From: an uncultured Bacteroidota bacterium
Lineage (GTDB): Bacteria > Bacteroidota > Rhodothermia > Rhodothermales > UBA10348
Length of the DNA stretch: 64,000 bases
NCBI GenBank assembly: GCA_937877085.1
Contig: CALEEY010000026.1
Span: forward strand, 5,002 to 69,001
Direction of reading: 5' to 3'
Shown here: piece after piece, positions 44,853 to 55,628 of the stretch
Layout of the letters: each line of letters opens with the position of its first letter
Numbering within the stretch: position 1 is the stretch's first letter
Translations under genes and position numbers: made by a program
Notes under the pieces: generated by a model
The model's database searches: none
Seen by the model: only the letters and a program-made list of their open reading frames with translations
Told to the model about the DNA's origin: nothing

Positions 44853-46835
44853 TTACCGCCCGACCACGCGCATAATGCCTCTCATGGTGAAGGAGTGGCC
44901 AGGGAAACTGCATACGTACATGTAGTCCCCGGGTTTATCCGGCACCGTGAAATAAATGGCTTCTGTAGCTCCGGGCTCCAGGAGCACCGTATGGAAAAGG
45001 ACCTCGTCAAGGTCTGGGATATAATTCTTTCCCGGCCCATCGAGTCCTAAAGCGATGGCTTTCTCGCCCACTTTGTCGGCGCTGCCAGGCGCTACAACGA
45101 GCAGATTGTGCATCATGCCGTCGTCATTGTCGAACACGATTTTCAACCGACTTCCCGCCTTGACATCAAATGTCGCGAGATTGAACTGTAGGCCCGGTTT
45201 CGTTCCAATGGTGATGGTCGCGTCTGGACCGCCTTTCCACTCGGCAGGCTGCGTTGTTACGCGCTTGCTCTTGGGTTTGGGCGCCTGATTCGTTCGATTT
45301 TCCGTCTTTGCAGGGCCTTTCTGATCCGTTTTCAACTCCATTCGAGGCCCACTAGGGATCTCGTTCAACGTATAGTAGGCTACGTCGTGCAAGAGCGGCT
45401 CAGCATCACCGGAAGATCGTATGCTCGTTAATTTAAGCTCATGGATGTACCCTTTACGCAGGCCATCGACGGCAATCCGAGCGCGAAGGCCATCATCCGA
45501 AACCTGAACGCCGCGAACAACTCCCGTTTCTTGATTGACGATATCACTGCCGTATGTGCTATGATACTGATACGTAAATCCGGTCACGTGGTAAGTGGAC
45601 GGATCCGCAGCAATATTGCGGTCAACTGGTTTCGTAAAGGTTACTTCAAATCCATCGGACCGTGCTTCAACCTTAAGGATTTCGAAAGGCGTTAGGCCAG
45701 TCCATTCGAGGCGTTGAAGGGCGTACGGCGCAGGGCCGGTCGAACCCCATCCGCGGCTGGTCATGCCGACGAACATCGAACCATCTTTGCCCCAAACCAT
45801 CCGCAAAACGCCTGAAGAGAACCCGTCACGAAAGGGGAAAGCCGCCCCTTGATACACGCCGTTTACTTTCTCTAGAAAAATGCGCATCACTTTGCTCTGG
45901 CCCTGATCCCCTACGAAAAGCTGCCCGGCAAAAGGCCCAAAAGCTCCTTTCGTGGTGTCTGCCAAGATACCGGACGTGGAAATTCCCATAATTGAGTGAG
46001 GTAGCCACACGGCAGGCATTTTCAAGTCTGGAACATTGGGGGCAACTTCGACCATGGGAAGACCTGAATCGGGCACATCTTCTGGTTTGAGCTTGAGCGG
46101 AGATCCCGGTAAGCCCGTCCAGCGCAAGCCCGCCGGGTTACCCACAAAATCGCCTCGTTCTACATGCGTTATATACCCAGAGCCAATCCAATCCCCCTGA
46201 TTCTCACCATAAAACACTTCGCCATCCGTATTTAATCCGAAACCAGCCGGGGAACGCATCCCTGTGGCATACGGGGTCATTTCGCCATCCGGAGTGATTT
46301 CCAGCATCCAGCCCCGCCATTTTGAGAGGCTAGCCCCGTAGCCGACCCACGCTAGGTTGAGGGTTACGACCATCGTACTGTCATTTCTGAACAACGGCCC
46401 GAACGAATATTCGTGATAGTTGCCGGCCAGCGGCCAAGTGTAGACCGTCTCATATCGATCGGCTCGGCCATCGCCATCGAGATCCCGGAGCCGGGTCAAT
46501 TCGCTACGTTGGGCCGCGTAGATGGCACCATTGTGATAGGCTAGACCTAGCGCCTCATGCAAACCATGCGCAAATCGTTTGAATTGAGGCCGCATCGAAC
46601 CCGTCATATAAGGATTCTTGATTAGCCAGACATCTCCCCGTCGGGTCGAAACGGCCAATTGACCATCGGGCAGGATGTCCAAGCCACCCACTTCAAGAAC
46701 AATGTCTTCCGGAATGGGAAGCGTGACCATTTTGTAGTAGTCGTTCTCCCCTTTCGTGACCTGGGCAAAAAGAGGTGTGGAGCAGAAGCAAACATAAAAT
46801 AATAGGATGCCTAGTGCTCGGGAAGTGCGAGCCAT
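44853..46835 (-). CDS. Secreted dehydrogenase-like beta-propeller protein with a C-terminal azurin-type cupredoxin domain
   Basis: The most plausible start is the Met at 46835 (MARTSRALGILLFYVCFCSTPLFAQ); the maximal ORF reaches 46928. The N-terminal region resembles the putative membrane-bound dehydrogenase domain of Planctomycetes and Bacteroidota (DLDGDGRADRYE). The C-terminus has MHNLLV ... YMYVCSFPGHSFTMRG, matching the azurin Cu ligands His, Cys, His and Met. Confidence 0.65.
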   Translation of the reverse strand: MARTSRALGILLFYVCFCSTPLFAQVTKGENDYYKMVTLPIPEDIVLEVGGLDILPDGQLAVSTRRGDVWLIKNPYMTGSMRPQFKRFAHGLHEALGLAYHNGAIYAAQRSELTRLRDLDGDGRADRYETVYTWPLAGNYHEYSFGPLFRNDSTMVVTLNLAWVGYGASLSKWRGWMLEITPDGEMTPYATGMRSPAGFGLNTDGEVFYGENQGDWIGSGYITHVERGDFVGNPAGLRWTGLPGSPLKLKPEDVPDSGLPMVEVAPNVPDLKMPAVWLPHSIMGISTSGILADTTKGAFGPFAGQLFVGDQGQSKVMRIFLEKVNGVYQGAAFPFRDGFSSGVLRMVWGKDGSMFVGMTSRGWGSTGPAPYALQRLEWTGLTPFEILKVEARSDGFEVTFTKPVDRNIAADPSTYHVTGFTYQYHSTYGSDIVNQETGVVRGVQVSDDGLRARIAVDGLRKGYIHELKLTSIRSSGDAEPLLHDVAYYTLNEIPSGPRMELKTDQKGPAKTENRTNQAPKPKSKRVTTQPAEWKGGPDATITIGTKPGLQFNLATFDVKAGSRLKIVFDNDDGMMHNLLVVAPGSADKVGEKAIALGLDGPGKNYIPDLDEVLFHTVLLEPGATEAIYFTVPDKPGDYMYVCSFPGHSFTMRGIMRVVGR

Positions 46836-46887
46836 ACGGGCTTCGAAGGTCGTGCGGGCCATACGGGCTTCGAGGGTCGTGCGGGCC
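46825..46887. repeat. 27-bp tandem repeat (2 full copies plus a partial one) at the 5' end of the cupredoxin-fusion gene
   Basis: GTGCGAGCCATACGGGCTTCGAAGGTC / GTGCGGGCCATACGGGCTTCGAGGGTC / GTGCGGGCC... Each full copy carries an in-frame ATG on the minus strand (Met at 46835 and 46862). Confidence 0.85.
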
Positions 46888-46932
46888 GCTGAGGCTTCCT
46901 GGGCTGAAAATGTAGATGTCGGTTTCATGGGA

Positions 46933-48840
46933 TTACCAAATCAAAGCGTAACGCACGGCAACAGGGCCCGTACTAAGTGAGATAGGGATGAGGAGTTCTT
47001 GGCCTTCGTCCGACGCGCGGACAACAGCCTTCCCGCCACCCGTATCGAGTACGCTTACGTAGTACATCCTTCCATCGATGCTGTAATTCCCATCAGCTAG
47101 TTGGCTGATCTCTTTTCCGGAGGCCACGCGAACCCAATAATGGCCCGCCACCTCCTCGGTGTTTGAAGCTCCGGGGCGAAGAGTCACCTCCCGGACAAGC
47201 TGCCGGCCACCTTCCTCCGGAAATAGATGATCGGAAACGGAGATATTTCTCATTTTGTAGAGAAAAGAAGGGTGACCATCCGAATCCAATTCATACCCTT
47301 TGAGGGTGTAGTCCATCCCCATGCTATCCGGCCAAACAGCGCTCGGAGAATCGAGCAGAGCTACGGCCGGTTTGCCCGAAAAATCGAGCACACTGCCCAG
47401 TGGAACAGCCAGTTGTTCGGTTCCTCGGCTATTCCACATATCGGTTGTCTCAATAAAACCACCCTTCCACGCTTGGATCAAAGCTCCCTGGTCCAAATCC
47501 ATCGCGTAGTGGACGCCACTGGGGTGCCCTACTGCAATCGTGCGAATCTTCTTTTTGCCGTCGTGGCGAATAAATCCCCTGATTAACTCGGGTTCTGAGG
47601 CCGCATCGACCGTGATGGCTGGTATCATGCGCGGCGTAGCTACCGATCCAGGCGCATTCAGGGACTGAAGCGGAGTGCCACCTCCTTCGACATAGAGGGC
47701 AATACTGGGCGCCGGTCCCGGTTGGTTTTTGAAAAATGACAGTGAAAACGGATGCGTTCCTGCTTGGAGTTCAACATCGCCTGTAACGGTTCGCTGCTTT
47801 CCTGGATGCTGGAACACTAAGCGATCTCCAATAACAAGCTCACCAGCCCCAATAGTCGCTCCCTGGTAATGTGGATCCCCGGTAACCCAATCGAGCATGA
47901 GTTGGAACCGATACAACCCGTCATAAGGAACTTGCATGCTGCCCGAGAAACGCATGGCAAATTGATCCCTAACTCCACTGGCGCGCCAATCTATTCCTTG
48001 CACTTCGCCTTCTTTTTGAGGGGTGATGGTGGTCCAGTCGGGTAGGGCATTGAAGGCCCCTTCCACGGATTGGAATCGCGTATCAGACAGCGTTACTGGA
48101 TTCGGTTGATAGTGTTTGTAGCGAATGTTGCGAATGGCTACCGGGCCATGGTCTCCTTGGATCATGAGCGGACCTAAGGCCTTTTCGTCTTGGAATGCGG
48201 CGGCCCTAGTTGGACCCGTTAATTCTACGTTTTCGTGAATCACCACGCCGTTGTGCACCACTTTCACCATTTTGGCGTTGGCAATTTTTCGCCCTTTATC
48301 GTCGAATCGAGGCGCTTGAAACTCGATTTGGAACGTCTGCCATAAACCAGGAGCCCGGCTAACATTCATGCTCGGCGGATGCCCTTGATATCCTTGTTGC
48401 CCGGCGGAACGAGACGGATCCCAGCGTTCGTAAATACCGCCGGCATCCGCATACGTGGGATTAGTGACGCCCCAGCTATCGAACATCTGGATTTCGTAAC
48501 GACCCTGCAAGTAAACGCCCGCGTTCGACCCTTTCGGCATCATAAACTCCAACTCGAGCTCCATGTCGCCATGCTCCCATTGGGTAAACAGATTGTCCCG
48601 CGCGCCATCGGACGGGAGGTTGACCAGTACACCGCTGCCCGCCATCGAATGAAGGTCCTGCTCCTTACTGCGATCTGCCGATACTCCCCCAACGATTCGC
48701 CAATTAGCGGCTGCGGGCCGAAAACCGTCCATAGTAGACAAGGACTGACCGGACATAGGGAGGGATTGGGGCTGTGCGCCTGCGATAGGTGGCACCAACA
48801 ACAAAATGCCTAACATCAGGCATGAAAAGAGAAGCTTCAT
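46933..48840 (-). CDS. Secreted DUF1080 domain plus PA14-like domain protein
   Basis: Signal peptide (PPIAGAQ). WRIVGG...FTQWEHGDMELELEFMMPKGSNAGVYLQGRYEIQMFDSWG and GPLMIQGDHGPVAIRNIRY form the DUF1080 part. FAMRFSGSMQVPYDGLYRFQL is PA14-like. Confidence 0.7.
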   Translation of the reverse strand: MKLLFSCLMLGILLLVPPIAGAQPQSLPMSGQSLSTMDGFRPAAANWRIVGGVSADRSKEQDLHSMAGSGVLVNLPSDGARDNLFTQWEHGDMELELEFMMPKGSNAGVYLQGRYEIQMFDSWGVTNPTYADAGGIYERWDPSRSAGQQGYQGHPPSMNVSRAPGLWQTFQIEFQAPRFDDKGRKIANAKMVKVVHNGVVIHENVELTGPTRAAAFQDEKALGPLMIQGDHGPVAIRNIRYKHYQPNPVTLSDTRFQSVEGAFNALPDWTTITPQKEGEVQGIDWRASGVRDQFAMRFSGSMQVPYDGLYRFQLMLDWVTGDPHYQGATIGAGELVIGDRLVFQHPGKQRTVTGDVELQAGTHPFSLSFFKNQPGPAPSIALYVEGGGTPLQSLNAPGSVATPRMIPAITVDAASEPELIRGFIRHDGKKKIRTIAVGHPSGVHYAMDLDQGALIQAWKGGFIETTDMWNSRGTEQLAVPLGSVLDFSGKPAVALLDSPSAVWPDSMGMDYTLKGYELDSDGHPSFLYKMRNISVSDHLFPEEGGRQLVREVTLRPGASNTEEVAGHYWVRVASGKEISQLADGNYSIDGRMYYVSVLDTGGGKAVVRASDEGQELLIPISLSTGPVAVRYALIW

Positions 48841-48914
48841 CGATTCGGTGGTAATTACTCGTTACAAATACCGGCGCCTCAACACGGAGAATCACATGTC
48901 GATTCCCATGCCTT

Positions 48915-48933
48915 GGTTAACGATCTGTTAACC
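48915..48933. promoter_or_regulatory. 19-nt perfect palindrome in the divergent intergenic region upstream of katG (T-N11-A type, candidate LysR/OxyR-like site)
   Basis: GGTTAAC-GATCT-GTTAACC, with an inner TAAC-N5-GTTA that fits T-N11-A. Confidence 0.25.
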
Positions 48934-49101
48934 CAAACCTCGAATGTAGACAAGAGAATTTGAAAAGTCGAAGGTAGACCTCAAAATCTCGGACGTCCTT
49001 CCTCCGCTGGAAGCTTTCTGGGTTGAACACTCCCGACCGATTCAGCCATCGGGGAGGTACACCGAAACCCGATGAATATTGCGTTATGAATCGGCCTTTA
49101 G

Positions 49102-51366
<2,265 letters not shown>

Positions 51367-51395
51367 TTGCCGCGGGCTTGTATCGGGTGTTAAGT

Positions 51396-51434
51396 GCCTA
51401 GAGTGGCGCGCCGAAGCGGCGCGCCACTCTAGGC
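51396..51434. terminator. Bidirectional terminator hairpin between katG and the convergent permease gene
   Basis: Perfect 17-bp stem GCCTAGAGTGGCGCGCC / GGCGCGCCACTCTAGGC with a 5-nt loop. Confidence 0.7.
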
Positions 51435-51444
51435 GGCCGGAACC

Positions 51445-52803
51445 CTAAAGAAGGTCGGCTCCTTCGGTAGGCCGGACCCCATTTTTTCTCTTCAGCCAAA
51501 AATAAATCGGATATCCAGCGGCAAGAAGAATCAGCCCTAGGGATGCGTCCCTAAACCCCGCGCCCGCTATCACAAAAAGAGAAAAACCCAAGGCGCCGAC
51601 GGAAATCAGAACGGATTTCCAGCGCAAACCACCTGACGCAACATCTCTTTTTTGAAGCACTAAATCGGCTATGGACGATGTGGCGTAGGGAAGTACGGAC
51701 GTGAGTGTGGAGAGAACGATGAGGGTTTTATAGGCTGAAACGAGCCCTTCAGAGTAGTTCATCACTACCAATACCGACGCGAATGCTCCAGCGAAAGTCA
51801 GGGCGAAGGCGGGTGAGCCTGCTTTGCTGAGAGAGGCAAAACGGGACGGAAACAACTTGTCCAGGGCCACGGCTCGAATGGTCATTCCGCTGAGAAGAAT
51901 ATTTCCATTCGTTCCTCCGACAATGGAAATTAGGGCGCCAATGGTCACCAGTGTCGCGCCCCACGGTCCAAATACAATCAAAGCTGCATCGGCAAAAGGA
52001 GAGGTCGAGACGGCAAGTTCAGGTCCTGGAATTAAAGCCATCACACCGTAGGTCGCCAAAATGTACACACTGGTCACAGTAAGGGTGCCAAAAATAAGCG
52101 CCCGTGGAATCGTTTTTTCCGGTTGAATAATATCGTCGGCGGGGATGGTTGCCGCTTCAACTCCTACGAACGCCCACATCGTGATGGTTATCATACCCGC
52201 AATCAGCGCAAATAAGGACTCATCGTTGGGATTCGTTGCTGGAACCGAGGTGACGTCTCCAAGCAAAATGCCGGTACCCGCAATTAGAAAAAGCGGCAGC
52301 AACTTCAAAAGTGTGGTAACGAGCTGGACGATCCCTGCAGATTTTACCCCCGCCACATTGATTCCAGTAAAAAGCCAAATAACGATCAACGCCGCAATGG
52401 CGCCAGGAACCGCCTCAGAACTGACAGAGGGTACAAAAACGCCGAAATATCCCGCAAAAGCGACACCTCCCGCTGCCGTTGCGAGGCACAAAGACACCCA
52501 ATAGCCCCAACCGATCAGGAATCCGGGCAAATCCCCGAGAGCCTCGCGTGTGTAGGCGTATGGACCGCCCAATTTGGGGATACGCCGTGCGAGAGACCCA
52601 AACATGAGCGCAATGAAAAGGGTACCACCCCCCGTAAAAACCCAGCCCAGCAAGCTCCAGCTGCCATAAGGCGCCAAAAGGGCCGGTAGCAACAAAATGC
52701 CATTACCGATCATGACACCAACTAAGAGGGCCCAGGTGCGCCAAAACCCAAATGATCTCTGCATGGTAGATTTGTTTACTGATTGATGCCGCCGTCGACT
52801 CAA
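51445..52803 (-). CDS. APC superfamily amino acid/polyamine permease
   Basis: 452 aa with about 12 TM helices. The N-terminal VGVMIGNGILLLP and GGPYAYTREA motifs are typical of APC/APA antiporters. Confidence 0.8.
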   Translation of the reverse strand: MSRRRHQSVNKSTMQRSFGFWRTWALLVGVMIGNGILLLPALLAPYGSWSLLGWVFTGGGTLFIALMFGSLARRIPKLGGPYAYTREALGDLPGFLIGWGYWVSLCLATAAGGVAFAGYFGVFVPSVSSEAVPGAIAALIVIWLFTGINVAGVKSAGIVQLVTTLLKLLPLFLIAGTGILLGDVTSVPATNPNDESLFALIAGMITITMWAFVGVEAATIPADDIIQPEKTIPRALIFGTLTVTSVYILATYGVMALIPGPELAVSTSPFADAALIVFGPWGATLVTIGALISIVGGTNGNILLSGMTIRAVALDKLFPSRFASLSKAGSPAFALTFAGAFASVLVVMNYSEGLVSAYKTLIVLSTLTSVLPYATSSIADLVLQKRDVASGGLRWKSVLISVGALGFSLFVIAGAGFRDASLGLILLAAGYPIYFWLKRKNGVRPTEGADLL

Positions 52804-52931
52804 AAACGTTTCTACTCGCTATCCGCGGGCGTTCAGTCGACAGGTCTGGCACTCCTGCGCATGGTACCCAATTATTCCAACAGAAACTCGCTAATGGCGA
52901 GGAGAATGACTATTAAACACCCTATTTTTTA

Positions 52932-54125
52932 ATGGATCAATCTAAATCACTCATGACCCCTAACAAGAACTCAAAAAGGACCAAAAACGTGATTCGAACG
53001 GCCGGAGTTATTGGAGGCGGTATTATTGGCGCTTGGACGGCGCTGCATCTAGCGGAAGCCGGCGTAAAAACAACCCTTTTCGAGCAATTTCCGCTTCCTC
53101 ATACGCGAGGAAGCTCACACGGACAGTCCAGAGCTTTCCGCTTTTTGGGCGACAATGAATTGGATCGACTGGATTATTCTTTGGATCGCTGGAAGGACTT
53201 GGAAAAGGCGTCGGACGAACTACTTTTCGTCAAAACAGGTCTGCTCAATTTTGGAACGGCTGGGGATCCTTACCTCAAAAAACACATGGACATTCTCCGG
53301 GCGGGAGGACGTCCTTGCGAGTGGTTAGAAAGTCACGAAATTGCACGTCGCTTTCCGATGATGCGATATCCAGAAGCGTGGGGCGCCGCTTGGGACCCAA
53401 ATGGAGGGATCCTCCTAGCTCATCGATGCCTCACTGCGGTGCAAAGAAAATTTCAAAGCTTGGGAGGAAGCATCGTTGCGGCAGACGTCCGCTCGGTCCG
53501 ATCTATCCCTGGTTCAGGCGTACGCATCGAGTCGAGATCCAGCGTCAACGGGGTAGTGGGTAAAATTGATCTTGACACGGCCGTCGTTTGTGCAGGTCCT
53601 TGGACGGGCAAACTGCTCCCGGTCTTGAGAGAACACCTTCAACCACTTCTGACCCCGGTGACCTACTGGAGAGATCCCGAAGAAACATGCAGTGTTGCCA
53701 ATGGATTTCCTATTCTCTTTAATGCCCGTCTGACAGATATGTACGGACTGCCTTCCTGCGAATATCCGGGCCTAGTCAAGGTGTTATATCACGGAGGGCC
53801 GCCAACCGACCCTGACCATCGAGACCACGCTTCGCTGGCGCCTTATATCGAATTGATCAGGCGCTATGTGGCGGAATATTTGCCGAGCCTGGATGCGAGC
53901 CAACCAGCCATCCTTGAAACGTGCATGTACACCATGACTCCGGACAGCGAACCGATCATTGACCGGATGGAGCCAAATTTGATCGTAGGCTGCGGTTTTT
54001 CGGGCAGTGGGTTCAAACACAGTCCTGCCACTGGGCAGATGCTAGCAGCTTTTGCACTGGAGCGTGAAGACTTCCTGCCCTTGGGATACGCCACCAAGCG
54101 TTACCAAATCAGTCGCTTCTCGTGA
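52932..54125 (+). CDS. FAD-dependent amine oxidase of the monomeric sarcosine oxidase / N-methyltryptophan oxidase family
   Basis: GVIGGGIIGAWTALHLAEAG dinucleotide fold. ETCMYTMTPD matches the covalent-FAD Cys context of MSOX/SolA. GFSGSGFKHSP is also present. Confidence 0.75.
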   Translation: MDQSKSLMTPNKNSKRTKNVIRTAGVIGGGIIGAWTALHLAEAGVKTTLFEQFPLPHTRGSSHGQSRAFRFLGDNELDRLDYSLDRWKDLEKASDELLFVKTGLLNFGTAGDPYLKKHMDILRAGGRPCEWLESHEIARRFPMMRYPEAWGAAWDPNGGILLAHRCLTAVQRKFQSLGGSIVAADVRSVRSIPGSGVRIESRSSVNGVVGKIDLDTAVVCAGPWTGKLLPVLREHLQPLLTPVTYWRDPEETCSVANGFPILFNARLTDMYGLPSCEYPGLVKVLYHGGPPTDPDHRDHASLAPYIELIRRYVAEYLPSLDASQPAILETCMYTMTPDSEPIIDRMEPNLIVGCGFSGSGFKHSPATGQMLAAFALEREDFLPLGYATKRYQISRFS

Positions 54126-54570
54126 ATTTGGACATGTTTGGGTGATTGGACCGCATCCAAACGGCCTGTTCCGACTCGGGATCTATCAGTTCGAAGTCCT
54201 CGAATTCGAATCCGGGAGCCACGGAACAACCTACCAATACGGTATCTGCCACGGGTTCAGCAGCCTGCCACATCCCGGCTGGAACAACATGGCAAAACGT
54301 GTTTGATTCTGCGGATAGCGTAACCGTTTGGGGTGGGGCTTGGGAGCCATCCCACGTGTGAATCTTGACTCCTATACCCTGATACAAATTCCAAATTTCG
54401 TCGCTTGAAACGCGGTGGAATAGACTAAATTCGCCAGGATTCAAGGAAAAATAAATATGAGTGAGAGCACTCCGGACATTCCCCGTTGGTGAAGTGACTG
54501 TCGTGGGTGACCTGAAGACTTCTAGGTACCGCCCACCTTCCGGATGCTCGATTAAATGGATGGGTTGCAT
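54109..54570 (-). CDS. Cupin domain protein (DUF985 family)
   Basis: LIEHPEGGRYLEVFRS ... IYFSLNPGEFSLFHRVSSDEIWNLYQG matches the DUF985 cupin pattern. It overlaps the convergent oxidase gene by 17 nt. Confidence 0.65.
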   Translation of the reverse strand: MQPIHLIEHPEGGRYLEVFRSPTTVTSPTGNVRSALTHIYFSLNPGEFSLFHRVSSDEIWNLYQGIGVKIHTWDGSQAPPQTVTLSAESNTFCHVVPAGMWQAAEPVADTVLVGCSVAPGFEFEDFELIDPESEQAVWMRSNHPNMSKFTRSD

Positions 54571-55427
54571 TACGATGGTAGGGTTGGTTGACTCATAAAT
54601 TCGGCGAACGATTCCTCAGCGGCACCCGCGAAGCTTGGATACGCAGGAAACCAGCCAATTGATAAAGATCTCCTATTTGAGGTTAAAACCGAAGCTTGGA
54701 GCAAACTTTGGACATAGGGTCGCGATTCTGGGCTCGAGATCCCGTGGGCCTCATAAATGGATCGCGCTGTTTCAATGACTTCTGGGGCAAGATCTATCAT
54801 CCCGTCATAGGCGTGAAATACTCCGACGGACGCGGTTTCTAAGACGGAAGCGTATAAAGACGCGACATCTCTTACATGAACCATAGGCCAGTTCACCTTC
54901 GGAATTGAAGCTCTTTCTAGGTGCGCCACGGTTCCGGGGGATAAAATCTCCCAGAAATATCCACCCGTACTGCCGTAGACGAAACCTAGGCGGATAACAG
55001 ACCTGAGGTGGGGCGATTCCAAAACGGTAGTTTCGGATTGAAATCTCCAATTCGTGCTGTTAAGCTGAAGAGCTTCCTCCATTTGAAGATCCGCGCCCTG
55101 TCGTTCTGAAAAGAGATTGCCGGTGTAAATGAAGTGGCCTCGAAAAGTGCGCATACTCGAAACGAATGCGGCGTCAAGATCTGAGTTTTCCGAGCCCGAC
55201 GAGGAATAGTCCATGGCGCAGTGGACAACGGCATCTGAGGACTCTAGCATGGTCCAATACTGGTCGAAATCCTTTAGGTCTGAATAGCACCATACAACCT
55301 CTTTCGAATACTCCGTTCTAATCGAAGCTTGTCTTGCCAAGCCAATGACTTCATGCCCTCGAGACAACAGTTCTAGAGCAACGTGTCTGCCGATATAGCC
55401 CGAGGCTCCTGTTAGAAATACTTTCAT
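54570..55427 (-). CDS. NAD(P)-dependent epimerase/dehydratase-like (atypical SDR) protein
   Basis: MKVFLTGASGYIGRHV Rossmann motif. It shares 1 nt with the downstream cupin gene's start. Confidence 0.7.
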   Translation of the reverse strand: MKVFLTGASGYIGRHVALELLSRGHEVIGLARQASIRTEYSKEVVWCYSDLKDFDQYWTMLESSDAVVHCAMDYSSSGSENSDLDAAFVSSMRTFRGHFIYTGNLFSERQGADLQMEEALQLNSTNWRFQSETTVLESPHLRSVIRLGFVYGSTGGYFWEILSPGTVAHLERASIPKVNWPMVHVRDVASLYASVLETASVGVFHAYDGMIDLAPEVIETARSIYEAHGISSPESRPYVQSLLQASVLTSNRRSLSIGWFPAYPSFAGAAEESFAEFMSQPTLPS

Positions 55428-55628
55428 GTAAAAGCTCGAAACTAGGGGAAAGGGTGTAATTGGGATCCAACTCTTGTACTCCTAAAAGTAGCTGTTTTGG
55501 GTTGAACCTTCTAACGCCAGATAGCGAGTTGGTTAAGATGATGAAGTAGATCTAGTCAGAATATGGTTAGATTAGGGGCGTTGCGCATCCGCTGATTTTT
55601 CCACTCTACGTTTGATAGGAATCGTGCT

